From: Paramecium tetraurelia
Lineage: Eukaryota
Direction of reading: 5' to 3'
Length of the DNA stretch: 64,000 nt
Assembly: GCA_000165425.1 (NCBI GenBank)
Contig: CT867986.1
Location: forward strand, 310,001-374,000
Shown: piece by piece, positions 1 to 15,800 of the stretch
Layout of the letters: each line of letters starts with the position of its first letter
Numbering within the stretch: the stretch's first letter is position 1
Notes under the pieces: generated by a model
The model's input: only the letters and a program-made list of their open reading frames with translations
Database searches by the model: none
What the model was told of the DNA's origin: nothing
Made by a program: the position numbers and the translations under genes

Positions 1-1046
1 TCATTTATTAAGTTACATGCTGTCTATGAGGGGGATAACACATTTTATATGGTAATGGACCTATTAGAAGGAAGAAGTTTGCATGATGAAATAAACAATT
101 CATAAAAATGGATTCCCAGAAGATATTGTTAGGAATGTAATGTGGGTATTCATAATCAATAATGTCTAAGCAAATTCTCACTGGTATTGAGTACATGCAT
201 GATAAATAAATTATGCATCGAGATATAAAACCTGAAAATATCATGCTCTTAAAAAAAGGAGATTTGAATTCTTTAAAAATTGTTGATTTCGGATTGGCCA
301 CATATTGCAATATTGATAAGTTTGAATTATAATCATTTTAGATATTTATTTCCTAAATGTGGAACACCAGGCTATGTTGCTCCTGAGATTGCTAATTTAG
401 TAGATAAAACAATTAAATATGATAAAGTTTGTGATGTTTTCAGCGCAGGAGTAATCTTCTTTAAATTGTATTTTTCATTTTAATTTAAGATTAACAGGAA
501 AAGATCTTTTTCCAGGAGTTGGATTTAATTTAGTTTTAAAACTAAATAAATAATGCAAAATTGATTTGACCCCTTTACAAATGAAAAAAATAGATCCCTC
601 CATCATTGTAATCTATCATTATTCATTTACATTAGTCTATAGTTTAGAAAATGCTAGAGAAGGAACCAAATCAAAGGATTGGAGCAGCCCAATGTCTATA
701 GGACCAATTTTTTGCTTCGTGTTACTAAGCATAAGGGTTATAAGGACCTTCTAAATTAACTGCTAATTAAAAAAAATAAATGTTCTCTTCAAGTGGCAAA
801 GCTCTGACTACTGAATTTCCAAATGATAAAATTAAGGGTAGTCCCCAGGACAAACTTGAAAATTAAGGATCTTTTGTTACATAAGATAATGCTTTTCGAC
901 CCATACAATCTAATTAATAAAAGATAATGTAAAAATTCAATACTACAGAATTTGAACATACTGAAAATGCTTAAAGCCCATAAATGGAAAAGGTTATTAA
1001 ATAATTTCAAAATGGTGATACCATCTAAGAAGAAGATGAAAAATGA
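1..1046 (+). CDS. Ser/Thr protein kinase, CAMK-like; 5' end outside window; apparent 1-nt frameshift near position 100
   Basis: Code-6 translation gives [29 protein letters not shown] and CDVFSAGVI. Introns include 146-170 and 320-341. Ends EEDEK-TGA at 1044-1046. Confidence 0.9.
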
Positions 1047-1257
1047 ATAAAATATCATTCAATATTTGTTATTAAAATAATCATTGATATATTCAGTATT
1101 TTTCATTTTACTATCCCTTTAATCTTAGACCTAATAAATAGGAATATGAACGTAATGGAGTAGGAACACATTAATAGAACGACTTTTATTGTAGTGATTA
1201 AGAGATTCAGTAAAAAAAAATAGATTTTAGATAATTATATGTAAGAATGAAATAAAA

Positions 1258-1485
1258 TCAAGGGTTTTGATTCGAAGTTTTAGAATTAAGGGTTTATTGG
1301 AGTGATGATTAAACTGAAATAGAATGCAATCTTCTAGCTAAAATTGGATTCTTAAAAGGATTAAGGTTTTAGTTGTGATCTTTAATTTCTTCTAAAATTT
1401 GTTCTGGTTTCGGATTGTCTTTTACTTTTTCATAAATATGGGGTAACTCTCCCCTTATAGGTTTCTTGGAATTACAGACTCCCAT
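1258..1485 (-). CDS. 75-aa protein with predicted N-terminal myristoylation/palmitoylation motif (MGVCNSK)
   Basis: Intronless ATG..TGA frame: MGVCNSKKPIRGELPHIYEKVKDNPKPEQILEEIKDHNQNLNPFKNPILARRLHSISVQSSLQQTLNSKTSNQNP. Confidence 0.7.
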
Positions 1486-1560
1486 TGTGTTATTTTAAAA
1501 TCAATATTTAATAATTTTTTTATTGATAAATCTCTAAATTATATGTTATATATATATAAA

Positions 1561-2586
1561 TCATTTTCTTGACTAATTTTAAAGATCAAATTAAATGGTT
1601 TGTTTATTCTTTTTAAAGGTCTCTGATGCTGCTGCTTCTTCATTTGACTTTAGTTTTTCCTTAAATTATTGAATACTGTTCATTTTAGTTTGAATCAAAC
1701 CATTAACTTCCTTCAAAAATTTAGTATTTTCATCATTATTAATCTAATTATCTAATAAATAAAAATAATTTATACCTTTTATAGTAACCTAATGAAGAGA
1801 CATAACTTCCATAGATAAATTACTTATAGTTTTTAATAGATTTCTACTCAAATTGTAAGAGAACTCAGCTTTAGCATTTTTCTTAATTTAGATTTATTCC
1901 TCTGTTTCAGCTATTTTTGCTTTCAAAATTTTAACAATATCAATAAATTCTAAGTTATATGATATTCCTTACATGATTAAATGTTCTTAATCTCTTTAGC
2001 AGCTTAAGTTATAAGCATAGTTTAATATCCAGTTTTGTGACATGTACTTCTCCAATAATAAAATACCTTAGTTTATAATCCTAACTAATATTTTTAATAA
2101 GCATTGAATTTTGCTAATCTACTTTTACTTTTTCTATCTGCATATTATTTTAGAGATTTAAAATATTTCTTATATAATTTTAGTCTTTCGTAATTGAGAA
2201 CCATTCTAATTGCCAATTTATCATATTGTTCTCTCTAATTTCAATATAAATGTTACTTTTTGCAAATTCTAATTAATTTTTTCTTTCACAATTTCCTGCT
2301 GTTCTAAAACTTATTGTTATAATTCTGAATAATTTGTTGAACAATTAGACAATTCTTATTAATATACATTTGTCTTATTATTTACTTTCAATTCATAAAA
2401 CGCGTGCAATTTTCTTAATGTGTCTTATTTAATTTCGTTGAGTAAATCATTAAATTCTTTATTATCTTGAGGATTAAATTAGACTTCTGTCGATATCTAA
2501 GTTATTCTCTCTTAAGTGCTGTCCTTAATTTCGCCAACAGCTTTTTTTAATAAGTTTATGTGTTGTTTCATTTGAACTGTACTCAT
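1561..2586 (-). CDS. Hypothetical coiled-coil protein
   Basis: Starts MSTVQMKQHINLLKKAVGEIKDSTQERITQIS; E/K/Q-rich, with short GT..AG introns; TGA at 1561-1563. Confidence 0.7.
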
Positions 2587-2678
2587 TATTATTCTTAACT
2601 GATTATTTAAAATGAAATAAATATAAAGTTTATATAATTAATATAAATTAGACACTCAAACTAAATAAATATTAAATT

Positions 2679-5600
2679 TCATTAACTCAATCTCTTCAAC
2701 AGACTTAGATTAGTTTTGTCATTTAATACATCTTCAGATAATGTGACTAATGCTAAGATATAATTTTTGTATCTTCTTTGGGAATAAATGATTTGCAACA
2801 GTATAATAATGAAATACACAAGCAGAAATGTCAAACCGAACGAGTAGAAGTATATTAATAAATTATTTCTCTATTCCTTTATGAAATTTTATGATACAAT
2901 ATCTACCTTTTCATAAAATAATGCAAAAGCATCTGAAACATTAAAAAAATACTAAACGACAAGGTTATTAAATTCTTTGTAGTACTATATTTCATCAGTT
3001 ATATTCTTCTGATAAATTCCATAAGTAATCTCAACTTCAAAATCGTTTTTAAATAATGAATCCAAATTACTAATAAATCCAATAATCCCTTTTCTCAGGA
3101 CATCTGAATTATTCTCATAAGGGTAAAAGGAACCATAATTAAGCTAGAACTCATTTGAAGTTAGAGATTTATTGCAAAAAGGCAACTCATCCATTAAATA
3201 ATCACAAAAATCACCCTTATATAGATCATATAATTGTGACTTATCACCTTCATCAATTTAATCACTCAGTATTATTGATGAAAATATAGATATTATTTTT
3301 TTTTAATAAGTTTAGGAGATGTTTTAAAAGTATTTAGGAACCTGGTCATCTTGGAAGAAAATTCTGAAATCCCCAATCTCAGGATCACTTATTTTACTAA
3401 ATTATTCTTCAAAAATATGTTGCCCTTTTAAAATTGATGCAAAAGATAGCAAGAACCCTAACTAAGCTTAGAATTTAACATAAGTCTTTATCAAATGTTC
3501 TATTGGCATATATTATGTATCACTAGCCTTAATTTAATAATAGCCAAAAGATGCTAATGCAACTAATGCAATGTAACAAAATAAAGATATGGCCAACTTC
3601 AGAACAATACTAATCGATTTATTCTATATTCGTTCATATAATAGTTATGTATCTCTTGATCTAAGATTTTAGGATGATTAATTGATTGTTGAATGTATCA
3701 ACCTCAAAGGAGATTTACATGTATAATAGGATTAACTCATATTCATTTGTTATTTTTCATTATCTGACTACTAAATTTATTATTGTTTGATCTCAATCAA
3801 TCGAGATGCTTGATCTTCATTGATCCTTGAAATGATTTGTATTAAATATTTATGTCTCTTTTCAAAATAATACCAATTTCTAATATTGATTATGAAAGGT
3901 GCGCTAAATAATATTATCTATATAATTAAAACGGTTTACCAAAACACCATAAAATTTGATGTATAGTCACTTAAAATTAATGTAAACTTTTCAATAAGAT
4001 AAATGGTATTTTAATATGCTTATATAATATTTAATCTGAAAAACAATAAGGATTTACTAAATTATATGGTTTCTTTTTAGTATGACACTAAACCCATAGT
4101 ATTTTCTCTAATTGCAGTAGAAAATGAAGAATAACTTTCAAAACTTATTTAATTTTTTAGTAACGTTAAGTTAAACGAAGGTGAATGTTAATCTTACTCA
4201 ATATTGATTAAATCCGAATAAAGTTTACCGAAGTTTGATCGAAACTACTATAAAATTGCCTCTTTCTCTTTAGAAAAAGAGTTCTTTAAATATTCTGATT
4301 GGTTTAAGTTTTGATAGATAACTTAGTTAAATCCATAATGAAATGCTCTATTGTAAAATTGATTCATCAACTAAGGTGACCATATATATTTTGTGAATGT
4401 TAATTTTGCATCAAAATCAAATTCTAATTAGTTAATTTGGATTATTAAAAATACAACAACCAAAATCACCAATACTAATTTGTAAAAATAAATCTGAAAA
4501 AATGGTTAGCTGCTCGATTATTTGAGTAATATATCATGCAAGATATATTATCCTTTTTATTCTGAACTAACGATACTAACATCATTCAATGATTTGGCTT
4601 TGACATTTTCTATTTACAGAATCTCATCATTTATATTATCAACTTGTTCATATTCTGCTTTTGTCTCTAATGGGTTTAACTCTAACTAATACTGGATTAG
4701 TTGACCTTTCAGTTCAATTTTTGATAGTTTTACCTTAAATTTCAAAGTTACATCATTTTCTGTCTAGAAAAATTAATATTCGATTACTTACAATATGTAG
4801 ATTGATGAGTTGGCTTAATTTCTCTTATAATTGAGGCTCCAAAAAGTCAAATTAATATGTTTCGTGATTTGAGTAACAATTCTTTGAACTTAATAACTAA
4901 TGTTTCTCTGACCTATCTGAACAAATGAAATAATCTAAATTAGGAATATTGCTATAATTATTGAGTTTGAACACAGATTAAATTTAATTTTTATATTGAT
5001 TATCAATCTTTTGAATATTCTACCTCACAACAAAACTAACCTCCTTTTCGATTAGGAATTCATTATTATTTATGATATAAAATAATTCTGTCCAGAAATA
5101 TTATATATAACTGTATTGCTTCATTTAAGAATTTAATTCATTAAATTATTCTAAATAATTGCTCATTCCAGTAATCTTACCTGATTGATCAAAAATGATA
5201 TAGCCTTTATCTTAATTGCCTTTTTTTAACAATGATATAAAGATGAAATCAGACTTATCATTGCTTACAGTAAAACTCAATTCTAAACATTAAATTTTCC
5301 CATTCTCCTGCTACTAGAGAACTTCAAGAGAATTTTAGAGAGTATATGATTTCAACTGATTTCTTTGGAGATATCTTTCTACAAACTAATTATGCAATGA
5401 GGATATTGAATCAGGCATTAATTGCTCCATAAATTCTAACTTAAAATCATTATTGTATCCAAAGAATTACAGCATAGATTTATTACTATTTAGGATTTGA
5501 CCTCTATGTCTAATCATACTGACTGATAGCATGATGGCTTTATTTTTGATTATCTAAATGGCTTCTAAGGTTTTATGATCACTTTCCAATATTTTCTTAA

Positions 5601-7187
5601 TGATTTTCTTCTGTTTTATAGCCTAAACATAATAATCTAAATACTTGTCCATAGTTTTACATAATCACAGAGTTAAAATTAATTGAGATTTTTAAATAAA
5701 TAACATTTGTTCTATTCTCAAGGACATTATTTTTTTTAAGCCATCTTTAAGTATTTTAAATAGATTAGGAAACTTTAACAATTCTGCTACCAACTTCAGC
5801 AAAATTCTTACTGCCCTATATTAAATTAGAGAGAAGATCAATTTATTTAGTAAGAATATTAGTAAATCTCTTTGAATATTCCATTTCTATTAGGAGATCC
5901 CTATTTAATTATTAAATCATTAATGTTGATTTGTTAACTTGCGTAATTTCCTATTAAATGGAGCTTTTATAGAATTCATTATAACTCTTATAAAAAAAGG
6001 ATAATTTATTTTACTAGTACTCAAATTTATTGAGAATGAATAAGGCTTAAAAATAGCTTTACTCACTTTTGGTCAGATAGTCAAATAATATCAAAACATT
6101 ATTTTCATTCTAAAAATAGTGATTGCTTTTTATTTCATTTTCAACAATTTATTTAATGAAATTAAGATAAGATCCATTATCTGATTTATATTAAGTGTCC
6201 TATTTTAAAAATAACGGATTAAAATTTAATTTAATCTTATTCTCTATTACATGGAGAATGTTGTTGGATTTAATAAATCTAAAGAGATTAATTTGAGTAG
6301 ATAAGTAAAATGACAATGTTGTCATGTAAAGTAATATATTAAAAATTAAAACTTCATCCATTTTAGTATATTGATTTACCTAACAATTATGCTATACCCA
6401 ATCCCAGTAAGAGAAATACTGAAATGATTAAATTGCAAGCAATTAAGCCTTAATTAAAGTTGTGGGGATCATTTTACTAAAATAAATTGTGGTATTGAGT
6501 CAGAATCTAGGTTATAATTGTAAGCAAATAAAATATGACAAATCCAGTTTAAGTATTAATTACAACAAATATAAAAATTCTAATTATATCTAATATATAA
6601 ATTGCATATAAGTAAGGAGTATAGAATTGATTAAGTGGAAATTATCGTTTACTAAAATTGATTGCTATGTCCCTTTGAAAGTATGTGGTTGCGGTTAAGA
6701 ATATCAAAAATAATGCAAAAATCAAAAGAGTAATAATTATTTCCATAAAGCCTGACGAATTGTGATTCATAAAATTAATATAAGTCACTATAAGAGGAAT
6801 TCTAAATAACTTTTAGAAAATATTCAAAGTAATGCTTGTTAGTTATGAAATTTTCTGCTGTTTAGGAGAATGAAAGTATATAAACAGCATTATAAAATAG
6901 ATTAATGAAAGTGATATGATGAAAACTTCTAATAAGTATTCAGTGTGATTTCTATCTATAAAGAGTGAGTAATTAGTTATCTATTGAATGCTGCTTAACA
7001 TCTTATCATCATATTTGAGTTACTGCCACCCATGTTATGGAAAACACAACGCAACATTTTGAACAAACTCAAGTATCATAAGCATTTTAATGACTCCGAT
7101 TTTAGTTTTTGTTTAGATTGAAAGTACATGAACAAAATTTTAATATGTAAAATTCATTTTTTGTAATTTTGATAAATATTTTCTCAT
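2679..7187 (-). CDS. Large PAS-domain multipass membrane protein (ciliate-expanded family, TmcB/TmcC-like architecture)
   Basis: Hydrophobic helices at both termini. Central PAS-like segment RGQILNSNKSMLQFFGY...MEQLMPDSISSLHNQFVERYLQ followed by GYIIFDQSGKITGMS. Ends ILALVTLSEDVLNDKTNLSLLKRLSQ-TGA. Start is either ATG 7187 or ATG 7157. Confidence 0.8.
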
Positions 7188-8050
7188 TTTTTCTGATAAC
7201 TTATTTATAATGTGACTTCTTCGAACTGGGTCCCATTCAATTCATTCAAACAATTAGTCGCCTAGAGTTCGTCTTCAAATTCAACAAAGGCCACACCTTT
7301 TGGTTTGATTCCTCTGAACTCTCTAAACCCGTAAAAGTTTCTAAAGTGCTGTTCCAAGTTAACAAAGTCAACCAAGTGCAATCCCTCAACAAATAAGACT
7401 TTATTTGGTTAATTTGGAATCGAAGAATTAAATATATAATAATACTTTTATTTTATTGCTGGTTCCACTGTAGACTTGATTCACTGCTAAAGGCATAGAT
7501 ATAGTTGGTGCTTCTCGTTATTATTTCTAATTGATCATTTCCCTTTATCTTTTATCTTGAATTCTCTTTTTATGTTCTTTTATTTTGTCACTCATAGGCA
7601 ACTTCTCCTTCTCCTCATAATCTCCTTTTGAAATATAGTATGATTTTTCTTTAGCAAAATTCACTTTCTAATCATCAGACTTAGTCTTACCATAACTTTA
7701 TCATACAATTAAGTATTATGAAATGCTTTTTGGGCTTTTATTGCCGCTTCTTCATCTTCCATTAAAATAAAAGCCTGTCCCCTCATTAAAATATTTTTCT
7801 TGACAATTATATCAAGCACTTTTCCACTTTATGAAAATAATGCAAATAATGTTTATCTCATTTCCTCAGCAGTCACTTTCTCATTTAATCTATTGATATA
7901 TAAAGTTTTATTTGGTGGATTCAAATCAATCTCTTTAAAATCAACAGTTTATTTGGTTGGGACCTGCTCTACCTATGCTTATTGAACAGGTTTAAGTATC
8001 TCTTCTCTATTAATAGAAAATAGAGGCGGAACATTTAAACCTTGCAACAT
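7184..8050 (-). CDS. U1A/U2B''-family snRNP protein with two RRMs
   Basis: RRM1: PPNKTLYINRLNEKVTAEEMRQTLFALFSQSGKVLDIIVKKNILMRGQAFI. RRM2: PNKVLFVEGL...KGVAFVEFEDE...LQISYQKK-TGA. One 23-nt intron at 7668-7690. Confidence 0.9.
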
Positions 8051-8093
8051 AAAATAAAATTTAATATATTTGTGTATTTAGCATTTCAAAATT

Positions 8094-9244
8094 TCAATCC
8101 ATATCTTCTATCTCCTCGAAGTAATCAAATTCTTCTAAAGCAGCTGAATCAACAGTCATATCAATTCCTTATGATTAGGATTGCTGCATATATTCATCTG
8201 ATTCTTAAAACTAATCTTATTATAATTATGAATCCCTCAGATCCTAAATTTATAATATTTATACATCTCCCTCCAATTCCTCTTCTAAATCTTCATTATC
8301 ATATTTTTCATCCTCAAAATTTCTGTTATCGACCTTCTTTTACTATGCCTTTTTTTAATCTGCTTCCTACTTTTACTTTTCTTATTATTATTTCAATAAT
8401 TCTTGTTGCTTTTGCTATTCCTTTAGTTTTTCTTATTCCTTCTTTTATTACTCTAATTTTTATTATTCTTATTGCTTTTTCAACTCCTCCTATTATTTCC
8501 TTTATTCTTCTTATTGTTTTCGTTGCTATTCCTTCTTTTATTCTTCTAACCTCTTTTACTCTTCTTATTTTTTTTTTAATTCATCAAGTTTTCTTTATTC
8601 ATCTTATTATTACTTTCTCTTGTCTTCTTCTTGTCTTTTGAGTTCTTCCTATTTTCTCAATTCATCTTATTTTTTCTACTCTTACAACTTTTATTCCTAT
8701 TATTATTTTTATTATTATTATTATTATTGTTATTGCTACAATTATACTTCTTTTGGAGATGGCTGAGCAACTTTTTAATGAACTTTTTCCTCACTATAAT
8801 ATATATGATGTGAATTTTACGATTATTTTTCTGAATTTCTATTTTTCAATAAGAAATATAGCAATGGCTTTGTTGTGTCATTGGCTTCAATATTTAATTT
8901 CTTGGCAATCTATTCCCTATTAATTTCTTCTCTCAAATTACTTTCACTAAAAAAAAATTCATTCAAATTGAATACCTTGAAAATATTGAATTTGTGTAAT
9001 GCATATCAAAAAAGAGGAAAAACTCTTTTATCAATTCTAACATATCTCTACCACAACCCAATTCATAAATTGTTTAAGCTTTATTGTTTTCCCAAAAGAA
9101 TGGAGATGGCTTTTTGTTGTTGCCCTCTTACTAATCAACTACATTAAAGACAGATGCTCTTATTTAAGCCCTAATCTTTGCCAAGGATCCATTAGCCTCT
9201 AAAGATTGTATAACTAAGTTCTTAAGTTCTGTTAACTCCTACAT
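8094..9244 (-). CDS. FOP/FGFR1OP (CEP43)-family LisH basal-body protein
   Basis: N-terminus ELKNLVIQSLEANGSLAKIRAQIRASVFNVVD...LELIKEFFLFFDMHYTNSIFSSES (TOF/LisH-type), an E/Q-rich linker, and C-terminus DMTVDSAALEEFDYFEEIEDMD, which resembles the FOP C-terminal motif. Confidence 0.85.
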
Positions 9245-9303
9245 TATTAAAAATTTGAAAATAAATAATAAGAATTTTAATTTTTTATACTATTTTTATT
9301 CAC

Positions 9304-9789
9304 TCATTCCAAATCAAATTACTCTAATTCTCCTAATTACATAAAATCAAATGTTGAATCCCTGCGGTTTTGATAGTATTCATAATGATCTGCTCTGATC
9401 TTTGCATTAACGAAATCCCCATCTCGAAATCTATCAAGAGGATGACCATGAGCAATGCAAAATAATTAATACCAAAATAACCTATATAAACAATACACAA
9501 AAGGCATTTCTATCTATTAAGAACAACCAGGATCCCTTACAAATTATTCATCAAAGAAATATTTATTATAACATAAGTTTAATGTTATTCCTGTTAGACA
9601 ACTTAGGATTGCAATTGTCCATTTATAAGGAACCAATTTTTATGTTGGATTGAACTTATAGACCTCCCTCATAATGGGAGTCATTTGATCTTTGTACATC
9701 AGGAAGTATCTAAAGATATACACTGGTTTCTTGGTAAAAAGCTTTTCTTAAAGCTAAAAAAATTGTGTCCATTCGTGAATTCTTCTCAT
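9304..9789 (-). CDS. Small hypothetical protein
   Basis: ATG 9789 (MRRIHEWTQFF...). Last exon reads HGHPLDRFRDGDFVNAKIRADHYEYYQNRRDSTFDFMQLGELEQFDLE-TGA. Intron structure not fully resolved. Confidence 0.55.
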
Positions 9790-9824
9790 TTAATAAAATT
9801 TAACTATTATAAAATAATATAAGT

Positions 9825-11785
<1,961 letters not shown>

Positions 11786-12865
11786 TAACGATATTTATAT
11801 TAATTTTATTTGAATTTATTTAGACTCTTAATAATTCTCTACAAAAATCTAAATGCTATAAATTTGCAATTCCGATTTAGTTGTTAAATATAAGGGATTC
11901 AATTACATTCGCATTCAAAATCAATCAGACGATATTATTCTATTTATACTCAAAGTTCTATTCAAATAATATTCCCAAACACATACTCCATTATGTCATA
12001 CAATTAAAAAAATATTTTATTGTAAAATTCTCATCTAAACCCTATCTTCTTTATTATCTTATTTCATCAGATAATTTATTTATGTATCAATACTACTAAC
12101 TTTTAGATTATTAATATAAATTTACTTTTAAGGATAGGTTTTAAGGTATCTTAAACACACAAAAATGTATCCGTTTAATATATGTTTAATTATATTTAAA
12201 TGCTCCGAATCTTCAATTTAATCTATTTTTTATTATTTTTAATTAAATATTCAGGAAATTAAAAATTATTAAAGAAAATTCTAATAGAAAATCATAGATA
12301 CTTTGATAAATCATCATTAGATTTACATAGACTTAATTTTTATAACAATATCATAAAGTAAATGTTAAAGAAACATCTGTTCAGGGATAATAAATAATTA
12401 AATAGTCTTAATTTTGGTATTGAAATTGATCCCATTGAATTCAATTTTTGATGATTCTTTTAAATTGAAAATACAATTCTGACTTAATTATTAAACCTTT
12501 ATTCTTCTGTTTTTAAATAAAATTTAATGTAAATAAATCTACAATGAGTTAAGTTCTTTATGTTTAATTTATAATAAAATTACAGAAGATATATTTCACT
12601 CTTATTATTCAATTACAAATTTACATACCTTGTTAATAATAACTATGAATACGTAATAGAAATATAGAATCTTTAACAACTTATAATTTTAGCATAGCAT
12701 TATAATTTTAGAATAATTTGATGAATAGGAAATGTGACCAGAAATATTAATAGATCTCAGTAACAATTTCCAAACTGATCCTATTATTAATATTTGATCT
12801 ATAAATTATATACAAAATTTTTGTTTAGAAATTCAATTATCGTTAATAATTTTATATATATAATA

Positions 12866-15800
12866 ATGCAGTGTCGTAAAGTCGAACCGAATGTGATAAT
12901 GAATTCAGCAAGATTAGCACAACGTCCTGTTGAGGCAAATAAGATGGAGGAAGAGATAATTCACGTAATGAAGAGTCCAGACAAAAAGAGTCCCAAGAAT
13001 AGCAAATCACTAAAAAGTGCATCTTCTGGCCCAATCATAAATTTGCAACAATAGATTATAATTCATCAAAGTGCTCCTACCAAGGACTCTTAAGTTTTAT
13101 TGAAATTCCAAAATTAAATGAAGAAGAAGAAAAAGAAGAAGAAGACTTAAAAGAAACAGAAAGCAGAAACAATAGAAAAGTAAGGATCAGAAGTGAGGAT
13201 AGATTAAATACTAAAATCAAACTTAAAAAAATATTAAAGTATTTTATGTGATTTACAAATTAGAGGAAAAATAAGAATAAATGCTGAAAGAAGAAATGCA
13301 AAAGTAGAGAGTAGTTAGTTTGAATGAAATGAGAAAGATGATGGATTAACAAATAAGATAATTGAATTAGCAAAGATTTGTCAGAGTAAATTTAACATAT
13401 TATTATATAAAGTCAAGATCTCCACCTTCATCTATGTTGCCTTGGGGTGTTAATTAAAATAAACTAAAGCAATATTGGACTAAGATGTTGGAAATCCATG
13501 ATAAATTAGAAAACCCTAATGAAATGAATTAAAATGCTACAGAATAAGCAATAAAAGAAAAAATGAGGAGGCACAAATTAGGATTAGACTTTCTAAATTC
13601 TAAACCTGAAAAATAAATCTAAAAAATGATCTAAAGTAAATTCTATTGAAATTTTAGAATAAAAATCAAAATAAGTCTTGGAAAATGTTTAATCTCCAAA
13701 AAATCAGAAGAGCAATTGCGAGAATAAAGAAGCTGAATAAGATCTTAAACTTTATATCCTGTATAAGAGAGAATTATGGAGACATTAAAAAATTGAAGAG
13801 TATCTAATTTAATTATTACTAAGGAAGAAATAATAAAAATTGAAAAAAGAAAAGTTGGAATAAAATTTGTAAATACTAGAGAAAGAAGCTAAACTATTTG
13901 CTAAATCGAGGAACGCTTCCATGAAATCCAGTTTAGCAGTATAAGTAGCTCCTAGTAATGGGCAGTAATCATCTCAACACTTTAGAACTTCTGAGCCCCC
14001 TAATTTTAACAAATTGGAAAAGGAATATAAAGAACTTATGAGATCTCTCAGACAATCCAGCTATAGTAGTGCATAATCTCACACAAGAAAAACAAGTTAA
14101 ATCAAATTTATAGATTGGTTTTAGAAATTGCCTGAATCTTATCTCTAAGAATAACTCTCTTAAATGTAATCCATCAATGAACAAATGAATAATAAGGGGT
14201 TTCAATACAAATTAAGTGAATAAGAAATGTATCAATTTTTAGAGCAATTTCTGAAAGAAAAGTTTGAATAACAGACTAAGTCAACTATTAAAGACAGATT
14301 TAACGAATTATAAGAAAGATTCTAATAAGCATCTTAACAGCAATCCTCTAATAGCTAATTATAATGTCTACAGTAAAATGTAAATCCTTAGAGTCATTAG
14401 AGTAACAAAAGTTAAAATCAAAAAGAATAAGCATCTAAGTCTCCAAAAGAACCAATATAAAATGAAATAAGTGAAGAATAATTAGAACACGTATATAATG
14501 TGGCTGCTACTATCATATAAAAGATTTGGAGAGGCTATAAGACAAGATAGGTTGTTTTTGAATATCTTGAATATCTAATTTCATAGGAAGAATTAGAGGA
14601 ATAAGAAAAAGAGGAACAAAAATTGTAGTAGCAGTTTGAGGGATTGTCTTAAGAGGAAGAAATCAAATCTGTAAGTTAAATGTATGATTCTGAAATTAAG
14701 ATAAACCCTCTTGAATTACAATAATAGGATTCTCCAAATCCTTAATATTAAGATAAACCTATACTACCCTTAGAGTCGTTATAATAATCAAGTTCAAGAG
14801 ATACTAAAAGTATTCCTAATCAAACTATTGATTAATTCTTAGAAGAATAATCATCCCCTTAAAAATCAATTCAATAATAATAAAAATCAGAATAATCATA
14901 ATTATAAATTTAAGAGTAAGAAAATAACCCAAATTCATAATAAGCATCTGAAAAAAACATTCATTTATATCATGGATTGAATTCTGATCCAGAATACTTT
15001 ATGCAAGTTATTAAATTAAGAGAAGAAGCTTTGTAATTGAAATATGACTAATAATTAGCATTGTTAGAAAAGATGTTAGATAAAAAGAAAGTCTCAACTG
15101 ATTTGTTCTCAGAAAATAAAGATAAATTGGATAAAAGATATAAAAGGGAGAGGGATAAGTTATAATAATCCAAAAATGAGGTCGAAAGATTGCATCAAAT
15201 GTTTAAAGACACAATAAAATCAACACAAAAAGACCAATAATTTATGGAAAGAATGAAAGTCTAGACTGATGAAGATAATCTATCCATTTGGTAAATTTTC
15301 TCTATTCGTTCAGAAACAGAGTAATCTGATGTAGAAATAGAAAAAAAATAAACTCCACATTATGGTTTATTATAATAAATTAGTAAATATTAGTTAATAA
15401 TTTAGAGAATGATTAGTTTAAGAAGTATTCTAAAAATAGAAAACAAGTGAGGAGTTTTGATTAATAGGTAAGTTTAGATGAAATTTCAATGAAAAACGAA
15501 GAAATCTAAACAAGTACACTATTTAATGTCCACACAGAATCGATAAATCATTCTTTACACAAATCCTTATAATTAACATCCACTCTCTAATAATCTATAC
15601 CTTCTTAAGAAGCAGTGCAAACTGAATAAATAGAAGTTCCTGAGAATAAAGTTATTTAACTAAAAGAATGCTCTGATAGCTCAATAATTCCTTTTGATGA
15701 TAGAAAAATAGATAATCTTACTGATTATATAGTTTAAAACATCATTTCCGAATTTGCTGAAGAGATGAATGATTTCCCATTATAATCTCTTGGCATTTTG

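Noticed and set aside
8042..9147. Plus-strand hydrophobic ORFs in the track (8042-8641, 8631-8813, 8875-9147)
   Set aside because: Antisense shadows of the E/Q/K-rich FOP gene on the minus strand.
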